Positions 1 through 11,996 of a stretch of DNA of 64,000 bases are shown here, one piece after another. A program made the translations under genes and the position numbers. Numbering within the stretch: position 1 is the first letter of the stretch; the number at the start of each line of letters is the position of its first letter. Under the pieces are notes generated by a model that had not been told where the DNA came from, ran no database searches, and saw nothing but the letters and a program-made list of their open reading frames with translations. Origin of the DNA: Salinispira sp. (GTDB taxonomy: Bacteria; Spirochaetota; Spirochaetia; DSM-27196; Salinispiraceae); assembly GCA_965226555.1 (NCBI GenBank), contig CBDDDG010000001.1:1-64000 (forward strand). The letters are read 5' to 3'.

Positions 1-1687
<1,687 letters not shown>

Positions 1688-1727
1688 TTATACATGATTA
1701 GGTAAAGTTTCTAATTATTTTCATTGA

Positions 1728-1754
1728 CAAAGTTTTGCAAAATACAAAACTTTG
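1728..1754. repeat. 27-bp palindrome, module C of the MITE family
   Basis: CAAAGTTTTGCAAAATACAAAACTTTG resembles 7068-7094 and 29020-29046; lies in the gyrB-dnaA intergenic region. Confidence 0.6.
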
Positions 1755-1793
1755 TGATAGATTTTATACACTGGATGAGATCGCAAACGGTTA

Positions 1794-3206
1794 GTGCTTA
1801 TGATAAAAGATAAAAACGATGATTACAGATTGTTCTGGGATGAAGCAGTAAAGCTTATTCAATCGGAACTCACAAAGCAGGATATGGATCTGTGGTTTAG
1901 CAGAGTATGCTACGATAGCTACCGGGACAATACGATTATTGTTTCGGTGCCATCGAATTTCCATAGAGATCAAATTAAGGCCCGTTATGCTCAGTTAATT
2001 GAGACAAAATTATCTGAACTCTCCAACGGATACCTGAACATTGAATTTCACATTTCCTCCAATCCCAACGAGAAAACGGCTGCCGCCGCTGCCGTAAAAG
2101 CACCCAAGTCAAGCCCTACGGAGAAGAATCCGGGACATCGGCGTATCAGCGCTGTTGAAAAGCAGCATCCGCATCTAAAAAACGAATATATCTTCGATAA
2201 CTTTGTTATTGGCGAGAACAATGCCTTTGCGGCAAATGCCACAATGGCCATAGCAAAAAATCCTGGTACAAGCTACAACCCCTGTTCATTATACGGCGGA
2301 GTTGGTCTGGGGAAGACACATCTTCTTCAGTCCATTGGAAATTTTGCGTACCAGAAGATAATGAATCTGAAAATTGTATATGTAACAATGGAAAATTTCA
2401 TTAATGAGTTTATTCAGTCCATTCGGAATCGAAAAACCCAGACATTCAAGGCAAAATATCGCCATGCCGATATACTTCTCATTGACGATATTCATTTTAT
2501 TCAGAGAAAGCCGGAAACTCAGGAAGAACTTTTTCATACCTTCAATGCCCTGTACGATTCCAACAAGCAGATGGTATTTACCTGCGACCGCCCAATTTCC
2601 GAACTTAAGGACCTCAGCGAACGCCTAAAAAGCAGGTTTTCCCGCGGTCTCACTCTGGATCTGCAGCCGCCGAATTATGAAACTCGTCAGGCCATTCTGA
2701 ATAAGAAGATTGAGCTTGCCGGTTTTTTTCTTCCAGAGGAATCGATAAATTTGATATGCGAAAAAATAACCAGCAATGTTCGGGATCTGGAAGCTGCTCT
2801 TACCCGGCTTATTGCCTATTCTGAACTCGTTAATAAGCCAATTACTCCCGAAATAACGGAACAGCAGCTGAAAGATTTTTTCACTTCCAGCGCCATTCAC
2901 CGGAACGTTCCCATAAATATAATTCAGCAGACAGTTGCTGAATATTTTGGCGTGTCTGTCAAAGACATGAAGGGGAAACGCCGACAAAACAAAATTGTTA
3001 TACCGCGTCAGGTGGCAATGTATATCGCGCGCGATATTACAGAATATTCTACTACTGAGCTCGGACTCGAGTTCGGAGGAAGAGATCATACAACTGTCAT
3101 GTATTCCTGCGATCGAATTGCCGAGCGCATGAAATCGGATCCTTTCTTTGCCGATCAGGTGGAAGCTCTGAAGAAAAAGGTCATTGAAGCACATAGCAGT
3201 ACATGA
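1794..3206 (+). CDS. dnaA: Chromosomal replication initiator DnaA
   Basis: YNP..LYGGVGLGKTHLLQ (Walker A), LLIDDIHF, QEELFHTFN, NVRDLEAAL, GGRDHTTVMY; start GTG 1794 or ATG 1800. Confidence 0.99.
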   Translation: MLMIKDKNDDYRLFWDEAVKLIQSELTKQDMDLWFSRVCYDSYRDNTIIVSVPSNFHRDQIKARYAQLIETKLSELSNGYLNIEFHISSNPNEKTAAAAAVKAPKSSPTEKNPGHRRISAVEKQHPHLKNEYIFDNFVIGENNAFAANATMAIAKNPGTSYNPCSLYGGVGLGKTHLLQSIGNFAYQKIMNLKIVYVTMENFINEFIQSIRNRKTQTFKAKYRHADILLIDDIHFIQRKPETQEELFHTFNALYDSNKQMVFTCDRPISELKDLSERLKSRFSRGLTLDLQPPNYETRQAILNKKIELAGFFLPEESINLICEKITSNVRDLEAALTRLIAYSELVNKPITPEITEQQLKDFFTSSAIHRNVPINIIQQTVAEYFGVSVKDMKGKRRQNKIVIPRQVAMYIARDITEYSTTELGLEFGGRDHTTVMYSCDRIAERMKSDPFFADQVEALKKKVIEAHSST

Positions 3207-4582
3207 AAAAAACCGGCATAACCTTTGTTCGAAACCTGAGTAGATTCCCCCTTCTGTATATTCTCCCCGGGATAGTATTGTTTCTTAGCTATCTTGCTAT
3301 TGATCTCAGAGGTTCAATAGACCCGCTTTTTGATCAATTATCGCAGCAGGGTTTTGTGGAAACGTTCTCGGTTGTTTTTCTCCAGGTGGCAGGCGGTACT
3401 CCGAAGGCATGGGCGATCATTCTGATATTTGGCGGCATTCAGCTCATTCTCATGCGTGTTTTGCCCGGGCGCCCCTTCAGGGGTCCTGCCGCCGATGGTC
3501 CGGAGTATCGGAACAATGGTCTAATGGCATTTGTTGTTACCATTGTTCTCTGGATTGTTGCCGTGTATGCGCTGCGCCTTTTTCCGGCGACAATTATATA
3601 TGATAACCTTAGAGGAATTATCGGGGCACTTAATATATTTACGCAGATTCTCTGCAATATCACGAATTTCAAGGGACGATTCCGCTCTTCCAATCCTGAT
3701 CGGCTCATTTCAAATAATCCTCTCCACGATTTTTTCCGGGGCATTGAGCGTTATCCGTTGGTTATGGGGGTAAATGTCAAGCACTGGATAACATGCCGTT
3801 TCGGTATGATGCTCTGGCCGATAATTGTGCTTTCTGCCTGGGACAGTCAAATGATGTTTTCCGGTTTCAACTGGGCAATGACGAGCTGTGTGCTGCTGCA
3901 GATGATGTATATTGCGCGGTTTTTTCTCTGGGAACGGGGCTTTCTCCATTCTTCCGATATTGTACACAAGCGAATGGGTTTTTATCTCTGCTGGAATTAT
4001 CTGGTCTGGATTCCCGGATTTTATACCCTCCCGGCTGTGTACCTCGTGTATAACGCGCCCGAGATTACTGCGGGCGCGGGTATTCTCCTATTCATTGCAG
4101 GCACTGCTGCCATTATACTTCTGTACTCCATTGATCGGCAGCGTCTGGTATTTCGCGACACGAGGGGCAGTGCCCATGTGTTCGGCAAGGCGCCGCGCAT
4201 TGTTCATGTCCCGCAGACTGCGCAAACTTCACACGCCACACATGGCGATGCGCGCTGCGATGCGCGCGGCGAAACACAGGCATCGCATGGCAACGTGCGC
4301 GGTGAAACGCAGAACCCGCTTCTTCTGGCTTCCGGCTGGTGGGGTATGGCACGGCACTTGCATTATACGGTCGGAATTTTTGCGGCATTTTTCTGGACAG
4401 TGCCTGCGCTATTCACGAATGTTATTCCGTATTTGTACCTGCTGTTTCTCGTTGGTTTTTTTGTATACCGTACGGCAGTTAATGAACGGCGATGCCGGAA
4501 AAGATACGGTGATGCATGGCGTGAATATTGCCGACTCGTTCCGGCGCGGATGCTTCCGGGAATATACGTTTCTCAAAAATAG
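3203..4582 (+). CDS. ERG4/ERG24-family sterol reductase (7-dehydrocholesterol reductase-like) membrane protein
   Basis: LHDFFRGIERYP, CRFGMMLW, GFYLCWNYLVWIP, LLLASGWWGMARHLHY and CRKRYGDAWREYCRLVP match sterol-reductase signatures; many TM helices; ATGA overlap with the dnaA stop. Confidence 0.9.
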   Translation: MKKTGITFVRNLSRFPLLYILPGIVLFLSYLAIDLRGSIDPLFDQLSQQGFVETFSVVFLQVAGGTPKAWAIILIFGGIQLILMRVLPGRPFRGPAADGPEYRNNGLMAFVVTIVLWIVAVYALRLFPATIIYDNLRGIIGALNIFTQILCNITNFKGRFRSSNPDRLISNNPLHDFFRGIERYPLVMGVNVKHWITCRFGMMLWPIIVLSAWDSQMMFSGFNWAMTSCVLLQMMYIARFFLWERGFLHSSDIVHKRMGFYLCWNYLVWIPGFYTLPAVYLVYNAPEITAGAGILLFIAGTAAIILLYSIDRQRLVFRDTRGSAHVFGKAPRIVHVPQTAQTSHATHGDARCDARGETQASHGNVRGETQNPLLLASGWWGMARHLHYTVGIFAAFFWTVPALFTNVIPYLYLLFLVGFFVYRTAVNERRCRKRYGDAWREYCRLVPARMLPGIYVSQK

Positions 4583-4670
4583 ACAGGTAAAATATGAACG
4601 GTGAATATGAGAAATTTTTGTAATTATTTTTGTTATACTGTTAATATATATCAAAGTTCACGGAGTAACT

Positions 4671-5597
4671 ATGTCAATTCATATGAACATGACAAGCCTT
4701 GTCGGAAATACCCCGCTAACACGGCTCAACAAAATGGATAGAACGGACAGAAATGAAAATGAGATAATTGTGAAACTGGAGAGTTTTAATCCGCTCTCAA
4801 GCGTGAAAGACAGAATTGGTCTTGCCATGATACAGGCAGCTGAGGCAGATGGAAGCCTGAAACCCGGAGCTCCCGTTATTGAAGCGACCAGCGGAAACAC
4901 CGGCATAGCTCTGGCATTTGTCGGCGCGGTAACGGGCCGCAGGGTTATTCTCACAATGCCCGATACCATGAGCCTTGAGCGAAGGCGTTTGCTGAGGGCG
5001 CATGGAGCCGAGTTGTTTCTTACTCCCGGGAGTGAGGGGATGGCGGGAGCAATTGCCAAAGCTGAAGAATTGTTCAATGAGATTCCCGGGGCATTTTTGA
5101 CGCGGCAGTTTGAGAACCCGGCAAATCCTGAAGTGCACCGGCGGACAACGGCTGAAGAGATATGGAAGGGTACCGCAGGAAAGGTAGATATTTTTGTCGC
5201 GGGAGTTGGAACGGGCGGGACAATTACCGGCGCAGGCGGCCGGTTAAAAGAGTTGAACCCCAACATAGAGATTGTTGCTGTAGAACCTCATGAAAGCCCA
5301 GTATTGTCGGGAGGGAAGGCGGGGCCGCATAAAATTCAAGGTATTGGTGCCGGCTTTGTTCCGCCTATTTTGAATACCGCCGTTTACAATGAGGTGCTGA
5401 CGGTGAAATCGGATGATGCCACGATAACCGCCCGCAGGCTCGCTGCTGAAGAAGGAATTCTTGCGGGGGTAAGCGCGGGAGCCAATGTTTTTGCGGCATT
5501 GGAGGTGGCGCGGCGTCCTGAAAACCGAAATAAGAACATTGTAACCATTATCTGCGATTCGGGTGAACGCTATTTGAGCACCTGGCTCTTTGAATAA
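4671..5597 (+). CDS. cysK: Cysteine synthase A
   Basis: [11 protein letters not shown] (PLP lysine), [32 protein letters not shown]. Confidence 0.97.
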   Translation: MSIHMNMTSLVGNTPLTRLNKMDRTDRNENEIIVKLESFNPLSSVKDRIGLAMIQAAEADGSLKPGAPVIEATSGNTGIALAFVGAVTGRRVILTMPDTMSLERRRLLRAHGAELFLTPGSEGMAGAIAKAEELFNEIPGAFLTRQFENPANPEVHRRTTAEEIWKGTAGKVDIFVAGVGTGGTITGAGGRLKELNPNIEIVAVEPHESPVLSGGKAGPHKIQGIGAGFVPPILNTAVYNEVLTVKSDDATITARRLAAEEGILAGVSAGANVFAALEVARRPENRNKNIVTIICDSGERYLSTWLFE

Positions 5598-5645
5598 GGT
5601 GATAGGCTCTGCGTGGTGGCACGCGGGATCGGGCGGGCGGTGATT

Positions 5646-6956
5646 TCAGGAAAAAAGCATCGGCAGCGCAACAAAGGTTCCAATTGCTGAGCCGAGAGAT
5701 GAAAAGAGAAATACCAGAAGAGTCCGGGTAATTCTGTTATGGAAAAATCCTCTTATGGTAGTAATGTTATCGCCGAGGTTTTCAAAGTCCTGCACCCGGG
5801 GCTTGCGGAGAAGAGATTCAATTATTCCGGTAACAAAGCCGACACCTATGGTTGGGTTTAAACTGGTAAGCGGGGCAGCAAGAAACGATAAGATAATCGT
5901 AACAGGATGCGCGAGCGCCAACGCCGACCCAATGGCAGACAGGCTGCCATTAATGAGAACCCAGCGAAGCAATCGATCAAATCCGCCTTTCCAGCCATTG
6001 TTGATAAAACCGAATACAATGAGGGTAACTATTGCAATAATTAAGCACCAAGGAAGTATTTTTCCAATGAACCCGGCGCGCGGAACAGTTGAAATGTCCT
6101 CAAGACGGTTCCGGAGTTCTTCATCATCCCGGCGCTCACGCTCCTCGCTCGGTAACGATTTTTCCCCGGAGGAAAACTCCTGAAATTTTCTACGCATGCC
6201 GGGAACATGACCTGCGCCGACTACCGCAAGCACAAGAGGCGGGCGCTGTAATTCTGCTGTTCTGCCACTGCCGCCGCCATCGCCGCTGCCCGTTCTGCTC
6301 AGATCCTCAATGTGTTTCCATGTTTTAATTGCAAGATACTCATCGCGCTCATCAATAAGAACCTGCTTTACTGTCGGGAGAAAATTGGCCATTTCTGTCA
6401 TCATATCGTCAAGGGCAGAATGCTTTTTAAGATTTTCAATAGTCTCCTTATCTGCTTTTTCGCGTGAAAATGAACTGCTCAGAAGAAGGGCAATAAGTTT
6501 ACTCTTTCCCCATAAGCGGGTTTTTCTCCAGGCTCTGCTCAGAGTTACAGAAATATCCCGATCGATCATGGCAGTTTTTATGTTGAATTCAGCAGATGCT
6601 TGTACAGCTGCTCTCATTTCATCTCCCGGTCGGATTCCAATATCCATGCCCAGGCGCTTTTGATATGAGCTCAGCACGAGGCTGCTCAGAAGGAGGAAGG
6701 TTTTTCTTTGTCTGATAACCTGATAGATATTAAGGTTTTTCCATCTGTTTTCCTCATTCAATGCCTCATAACGATTTTGATCCAATTCTATACAGACAAG
6801 GTCGGGTCGTATATTTTTAATGGTTTCCCGGACCTCCCGAACGCTGTATTCTGAAATATGCGCTGTACCGAGAAGAATTATTGTTCCATGTGTTGTTTCA
6901 ACATGAGTAAGAGCACTGTTATGTTTCTCTTTGGGATCAGACGAATTTTCTGGCAT
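5646..6956 (-). CDS. TraB/GumN (pheromone-shutdown TraB) family membrane protein
   Basis: LLGTAHIS, IELD, LIDERD, AVVGAGHVPG plus C-terminal TM helices; start ATG 6956 after AGGAG (the upstream ORF extension lies in a MITE). Confidence 0.9.
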   Translation of the reverse strand: MPENSSDPKEKHNSALTHVETTHGTIILLGTAHISEYSVREVRETIKNIRPDLVCIELDQNRYEALNEENRWKNLNIYQVIRQRKTFLLLSSLVLSSYQKRLGMDIGIRPGDEMRAAVQASAEFNIKTAMIDRDISVTLSRAWRKTRLWGKSKLIALLLSSSFSREKADKETIENLKKHSALDDMMTEMANFLPTVKQVLIDERDEYLAIKTWKHIEDLSRTGSGDGGGSGRTAELQRPPLVLAVVGAGHVPGMRRKFQEFSSGEKSLPSEERERRDDEELRNRLEDISTVPRAGFIGKILPWCLIIAIVTLIVFGFINNGWKGGFDRLLRWVLINGSLSAIGSALALAHPVTIILSFLAAPLTSLNPTIGVGFVTGIIESLLRKPRVQDFENLGDNITTIRGFFHNRITRTLLVFLFSSLGSAIGTFVALPMLFS

Positions 6957-6967
6957 ACTAACTCCTA

Positions 6968-7094
6968 GAAACTTTTGCATTGGAAAATTGTGCTTGCACA
7001 ATTTTCCAGTAGCAAAAGTTTCCGATCTGGAATGCTTTCTTTGTGCTTAGCATTCTCCTATTTTATAGAAAGTTTTGCATTTTGCAAAACTTTG
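6968..7094. mobile_element. 127-bp MITE (modules A+B+C) with 5-bp target duplication
   Basis: GAAACTTTTGC...GCAAAACTTTG flanked by TCCTA at 6963-6967 and 7095-7099; near-identical copy at 19742-19867. Confidence 0.85.
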
Positions 7095-7142
7095 TCCTAG
7101 AAAGTTTTGTCTTATTTTACATTCAGGAAATAATTTTGTATA

Positions 7143-7197
7143 GAAACTTTTGCATTGAAAAATTGTGCAGAGCACAATTTTAAGTAGCAAAACTTTT
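7143..7197. mobile_element. 55-bp palindromic mini-MITE (module A) with 5-bp target duplication
   Basis: GAAACTTTTGC..AAAATTGTGC AGA GCACAATTTT..GCAAAACTTTT flanked by GTATA at 7138-7142 and 7198-7202. Confidence 0.75.
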
Positions 7198-7328
7198 GTA
7201 TAGTCTATTTGGTGATGTATAACTCAGGCGCGCATAAAGTGTCGCCGTCAGTGGCGGCATTTTCATTATCCGCGCTGAGACAAAAGTTTCTATACAAATC
7301 TGAACTTTTTTGATACACTTTCCATGTA

Positions 7329-9164
7329 ATGAATAGAAAAATTCGTAAAAGCGCGCTGTTTGTCCCCTTTGTATATGTATGTATTATTGTGTTTCTGGTG
7401 TTTTTCCAGTTTTCGGGAAGGGATGTTTTCACTGAAAAATTCGGGCACATTACCCTCAGCGGCACATTGAACATAAGCGATGGAATTGAGAACAATCCGG
7501 TAGTTTCGGTGGTTGTGGAATATCATGGGCTGCGCTTTGTTTTTGACGATAAGCATTCGCTGATAATTGAACAATCGCATAATACCAATTCTCCATTTCC
7601 TGTTTCAGGATATAAGCAGGAAGATGATAAACTGGTCGTATATTTTGAAGAGGATATAGAACTTGTTTTTAGTCATGATCAAAATCAACTAATAATTGCA
7701 AGCAGAATTCCCGAAACCCTGAACAACTCAACGACCCTTCGTATTCCCTTCATTCTCAGCGCCGGAAGCAGCGCAGAAAATGCGGAAAATTTCCCCGGGT
7801 TATATGTCGATGGCGGCAGTGAACATTACGTTCTTGCCCTTCCAACCGGTTCCTACATTAATCGGGAAGCGCAGCTTATCAATATACCCGAAGACGGTTT
7901 CCAGAAAATTATTCGCTACACCCGCCGCGCCGCCGGAAATACCACTGCCTCCTTCCTGCTGTTTGAAGGCCAACTGGAGGATATTTCCCCCGAACAGCAC
8001 ATGACAGAAATACAAAACTACATTGACCGCGCCTATCTTGCATGGAGGAGCAACCGCTATAATTTACCGACAGGAACATGGATCATGGAAAATGACGAAA
8101 ACCGATTTTCCGAGAACATCCTCGTCAGTTTGCTTTCCGAAGCATGGCGCCGGAATGAATATACCAGAGTTTTCAATGAAATGCGTTCGGCAGCCGATCT
8201 GCATCCGTCGGCACTAACATACCGATCCAGCGTGTTTCTCGGCAATTTACGAAAAATAAACAGCGATCTGAATGCAGAGGAACGGCAGACCAATATTCAG
8301 ATTAACAATATGATTAATCAGGATAATGCTCTGGTATTTCTCCGACCAGGCCTGTTCCAATATATTGAAGATCAGTCAAACAATAATCTTCGTGAAGATC
8401 TATTATTGTTTACGGAAAGTCTGCTTCCCGATACGCTCACAGCTTTAGAGGCGCTGGGGCTGCTTATGAATTATTATCTCACTCCCCTGCCGAACAATGA
8501 GTTTCAGCAGATTCTCAGCCGTTTTGAAAACCTTATTGAAGAAAAAATTTTACCCGGCATTGTGCGTGTAAATGAGGGCTTCTTTTTTCTCACTGAGTCG
8601 GGTATTGCCGATAGTTATTACAGTGTTATCGCAGGACAAATTTTAATACAGGCCGGAGAGAGTAAGCAGGATGAGCGGTTTATTACTCTGGGACGTAATC
8701 TCATACTGTCTATTATCCGTCTTGGAGATCAGTTGGCCTTTGTTCCCGCAAAAATTGAAGTAACAGCGGGTACCATTTCTGCTACACAGGGTATGCTTTC
8801 TCCCGAAGAAATTTATCCTTTTATTACAGACAATTCATATTATCCGCAGCATATCAGTCTGTCGGGTATTTTCGGCCCCGGAGCCTGGGTCTACGGTGTG
8901 TTCAGCGATTATGAAATAACAAACAATCCCGGTGAGTTCGTTTTGTCATTTATGAATAGTCAGAACAGGACACACTACATATTTTTCAGAGGAATGCCCG
9001 ACATTGATCCTCTCACCGGTATGGAATTGTTCGGAATTATCTGGCGAAATGCTCCAGATTTTGAAATTTACAGTAAGGGCCGATATTATAATGCAAATAC
9101 CGGAACCCTCATGATCAAGTTTTTTGATCCTGAGTCCCGGCAGCGCATAAGAATATTCTACTAA
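7329..9164 (+). CDS. Hypothetical exported or membrane-anchored protein
   Basis: 611-aa ORF with an N-terminal basic plus hydrophobic segment; no motif recognised. Confidence 0.8.
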   Translation: MNRKIRKSALFVPFVYVCIIVFLVFFQFSGRDVFTEKFGHITLSGTLNISDGIENNPVVSVVVEYHGLRFVFDDKHSLIIEQSHNTNSPFPVSGYKQEDDKLVVYFEEDIELVFSHDQNQLIIASRIPETLNNSTTLRIPFILSAGSSAENAENFPGLYVDGGSEHYVLALPTGSYINREAQLINIPEDGFQKIIRYTRRAAGNTTASFLLFEGQLEDISPEQHMTEIQNYIDRAYLAWRSNRYNLPTGTWIMENDENRFSENILVSLLSEAWRRNEYTRVFNEMRSAADLHPSALTYRSSVFLGNLRKINSDLNAEERQTNIQINNMINQDNALVFLRPGLFQYIEDQSNNNLREDLLLFTESLLPDTLTALEALGLLMNYYLTPLPNNEFQQILSRFENLIEEKILPGIVRVNEGFFFLTESGIADSYYSVIAGQILIQAGESKQDERFITLGRNLILSIIRLGDQLAFVPAKIEVTAGTISATQGMLSPEEIYPFITDNSYYPQHISLSGIFGPGAWVYGVFSDYEITNNPGEFVLSFMNSQNRTHYIFFRGMPDIDPLTGMELFGIIWRNAPDFEIYSKGRYYNANTGTLMIKFFDPESRQRIRIFY

Positions 9165-9168
9165 ATTT

Positions 9169-9870
9169 GTGAGGAACCCCATGCATCAACTTTCTTTTGA
9201 AAAAATACAGCGAACAACACAGTTCTTTTTTCTCCGGCATGGTCAGAGTGAAGGAAACAGGAAAAACATCGTGCAGGGACATCAGAATTCACATCTTTCA
9301 GATGCCGGCCGTGAACAGGCTCGCTTTGCCGGTGAATTTTTGAGCAATAAAAATATTGCTGCGGTATTTTCCAGTCCGCTTTCACGCGCCCATGAAACAG
9401 CCCGCATAGTTGCATCGGCAGCCGGAATTGATTCGGGAAACATACTTTTGCGGGATAATCTTATGGAGATTGACACCGGTATTTTCTCCGGGCTCAACTT
9501 TGAAGAAGCAGAAAAACAATACCCAGAGGCATGGAATAATTTTCAGAAATACAGCTGGGAGGGAGTTCCTTCTGCCGAATCAATTTCAGCACTATTGCAG
9601 AGGGCAGCAGATGTATGGCAGGAACTTATTGAAACTGCCGCTGCCGGCGCTCAAAACATTCTTTGTGTGAGCCATGGGGGAATTATTCAGTGGATAATAA
9701 AGCTGAGTATGTCTACCGAATGGAAGCAATGGATGCCGGTTATAAACACACCAAACTGCGGCATTCATATGCTCCTTGTAAACCCTCTTGGGCGGGAAGA
9801 AAAAAGCGGGAGATACTATACCGGCTGGCATATGGTAAATTATGTGCCACATCAAGGAAGCACTGAGTAG
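9169..9870 (+). CDS. Histidine phosphatase (phosphoglycerate mutase) family protein
   Basis: LRHGQS, SSPLSRA, VSHGG; start may be ATG 9181. Confidence 0.92.
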   Translation: MRNPMHQLSFEKIQRTTQFFFLRHGQSEGNRKNIVQGHQNSHLSDAGREQARFAGEFLSNKNIAAVFSSPLSRAHETARIVASAAGIDSGNILLRDNLMEIDTGIFSGLNFEEAEKQYPEAWNNFQKYSWEGVPSAESISALLQRAADVWQELIETAAAGAQNILCVSHGGIIQWIIKLSMSTEWKQWMPVINTPNCGIHMLLVNPLGREEKSGRYYTGWHMVNYVPHQGSTE

Positions 9871-9899
9871 ATCATCCGAGTGATTTTCGGTACATCTTC

Positions 9900-11180
9900 C
9901 TATTGCGTCTGTTTGCGGGGTTCGTTCTTTTTCGAGGGAAGATAATCCAGAAGATGGACTCGTTTTTTGTTCATGGAATGAATAATAAAGGTGCCGATAT
10001 CAGTTTCAATTTTCTGATCCTTTACCGGCAAAGCAGATAATTGCTGAAGGATATATCCACCCGCAGTTTCACAATTTCGGTCATGAATAATTGCTGATCC
10101 GTGAACTTCTTCAAGGAGGTGGATTGGAGTATCTCCGCGGATAGTATACCACCCTGCGTGATGAGATTTTCGTATTTTTGCTTCATCCGGCTCTTCATTT
10201 TCATCATACAGCTCTCCGATTATTTCTTCTACAAGATCTTCCATAGTTACAATTCCTGCAAGACCGCCATATTCATCGAGAACAACAGCAAGATTCAATA
10301 TCTCGGACTTTAGCTTGAGGAATACGCGATTAATCTTCCATGTTTCAGGAATAAAAATTGGGGGACTTGCCAATGCGGAAACAGTTGTTTTGGACTGATT
10401 TCCCCCACGATTTTCTGTAGATGCACGAATAAGGTCTTTTGTGAGAACAATTCCGGTAATGACCTCCGGATTATCCGCATATACCGGAATTCTGCTGAAT
10501 CCGCTTGCAATGACCTCAGGAATGGCCTGCTCCACAGGCAAATTCTGATTAATGCTGAATACCTCCTGCCGGTGTGTCATAACGGCATGAACGGTAAGGT
10601 CGGAAAAGCGAAATACCGATTCAACCATCTTTGTTTTATATTGTTCAATTACTCCGGTGTTCTCAGCATATTTCATCATCATGAGGAGGGAATCTCTGGA
10701 AAAATAATTACGCCCCTCACTGTTTTTCCTGGAAATAAAAAGAGCGGTAAAGCTGTTGGTCAGCCATATGAGAGGAAGAAATATAATTGAAAGTGCTTTG
10801 ATAATTCCGGCAGTGTTAATACATATGGTTTCATTGTTTCGTATTGCCAGATGTTTGGGAAGTATTTCACCAAAGATCAGAATAAGCATGGTGAGTACGG
10901 CAGTAGTAATACCGAGCGCGGTACTCCCGAAGGCCCGAATGGTAATTGCGGAGGAAATGACCGATATACTGATATTTGTGAGATTGTTGCCAATAAGAAT
11001 TGTTGTGAGTAATTTATCGGCATTGTTATGGAGATTTTCTACGATGGCGCCGCTCTGGTTATGGCGCTTTTTGAGCTCCTGTATTTGTACTGGTGAAAGA
11101 CTGGTGAAGGCAGTTTCAACTGCGCTGAAAAAACCGGATAAGAAAAGCAGGATAAGTAAAAAAATAAACTCGGGAATCAC
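9900..11180 (-). CDS. Hemolysin-family CNNM(DUF21)-CBS-CorC protein
   Basis: LSGFFSAVETAF, ILIGNN, FGEILPK, FSRIPVY, VLDEYGGLAGIVTMEDLVEEIIGE. Confidence 0.93.
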   Translation of the reverse strand: MIPEFIFLLILLFLSGFFSAVETAFTSLSPVQIQELKKRHNQSGAIVENLHNNADKLLTTILIGNNLTNISISVISSAITIRAFGSTALGITTAVLTMLILIFGEILPKHLAIRNNETICINTAGIIKALSIIFLPLIWLTNSFTALFISRKNSEGRNYFSRDSLLMMMKYAENTGVIEQYKTKMVESVFRFSDLTVHAVMTHRQEVFSINQNLPVEQAIPEVIASGFSRIPVYADNPEVITGIVLTKDLIRASTENRGGNQSKTTVSALASPPIFIPETWKINRVFLKLKSEILNLAVVLDEYGGLAGIVTMEDLVEEIIGELYDENEEPDEAKIRKSHHAGWYTIRGDTPIHLLEEVHGSAIIHDRNCETAGGYILQQLSALPVKDQKIETDIGTFIIHSMNKKRVHLLDYLPSKKNEPRKQTQ

Positions 11181-11246
11181 ACCGATGTCCAGATATCGGC
11201 TGCATTATTGAAAACAGATAAACTCGTGTCCGATATGTCAGAGTCT

Positions 11247-11603
11247 TTACTCAATGTGAAGAACGTCCTTTATGGTTTTACGAAGAGCATCTTTTGGAAG
11301 GGCTCCGGCTGCCATTTGAGGTTTGTCATTGAGGGGAATGAACAAAAGAGAAGGAATACTCTGAATACCAAATGCCTGAGAAAGTTCCTGTTCTTCATCG
11401 GTATTAACCTTATAAATTTTCACTTTACCTTCAAACTCATCTGATAATTCCTCAAGAACCGGAGCAATCATTTTACAGGGGCCGCACCACTCTGCCCAGA
11501 AGTCTATTATGGCAGGAAGTTCTCCCTTGTATTTCCATGTCTTATGTTCTTCATAGTTAAAAATAGTTTCGAGAAATGTTGTTTTTGTAAGATGTGTTGT
11601 CAT
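11247..11603 (-). CDS. trxA: Thioredoxin
   Basis: DFWAEWCGPCK; likely start ATG 11603. Confidence 0.95.
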   Translation of the reverse strand: MTTHLTKTTFLETIFNYEEHKTWKYKGELPAIIDFWAEWCGPCKMIAPVLEELSDEFEGKVKIYKVNTDEEQELSQAFGIQSIPSLLFIPLNDKPQMAAGALPKDALRKTIKDVLHIE

Positions 11604-11670
11604 TTTAGATTCCTTTGTAAGATATAAATACTGAACGATAAAGATAATGTAAAAATGATAAAAAGTAAAG

Positions 11671-11945
11671 CCTGGATTCAACATTTGAAGTGCACCACTT
11701 TGGGCCCACTGTGAGATAGTTTAAGCATTCTATCAAAAGCTTCCTGCGGTGTCAAATAGTTCAGAATTTTCCGTGGTCTGGTCGGAGGCTTGCGCCACAT
11801 ACCGCCCGTGATCATTCCGGTTCCGGTTCAATTCGCGGTAAATGGTCGTATGGCAACACCCAATGATCCGGGCTATCTCCCTGACGGGATATCCTTTTCG
11901 TCGATAATAGGCAATATCCTTATCACTTATGGTTGAATTCGCCAT
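11671..11945 (-). pseudogene. Internally deleted IS30-family remnant
   Basis: HTH IARIIGCCHTTIYRELNRN joined out of frame to a C-terminal TPQEAF segment; IS30-like end CCTGGATTCAACATTTGAAGTGCACCAC at 11671-11698. Confidence 0.7.
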
Positions 11946-11961
11946 GTTTTTATAAAAATAC

Positions 11962-11990
11962 TTGACAATAACAACAAAATTTATTATATT
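11962..11990 (+). promoter_or_regulatory. Sigma70-type promoter for the abiF unit
   Basis: TTGACA (11962-11967), 17-bp spacer, TATATT (11985-11990). Confidence 0.8.
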
Positions 11991-11996
11991 TCTTAA

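Noticed and set aside
6957..7001. N-terminal extensions such as MCKHNFPMQKFL (also MQNFLA at 21996, MQNFAI at 50571, MQNANL at 43923)
   Set aside because: They start inside MITE sequence; better starts lie downstream.
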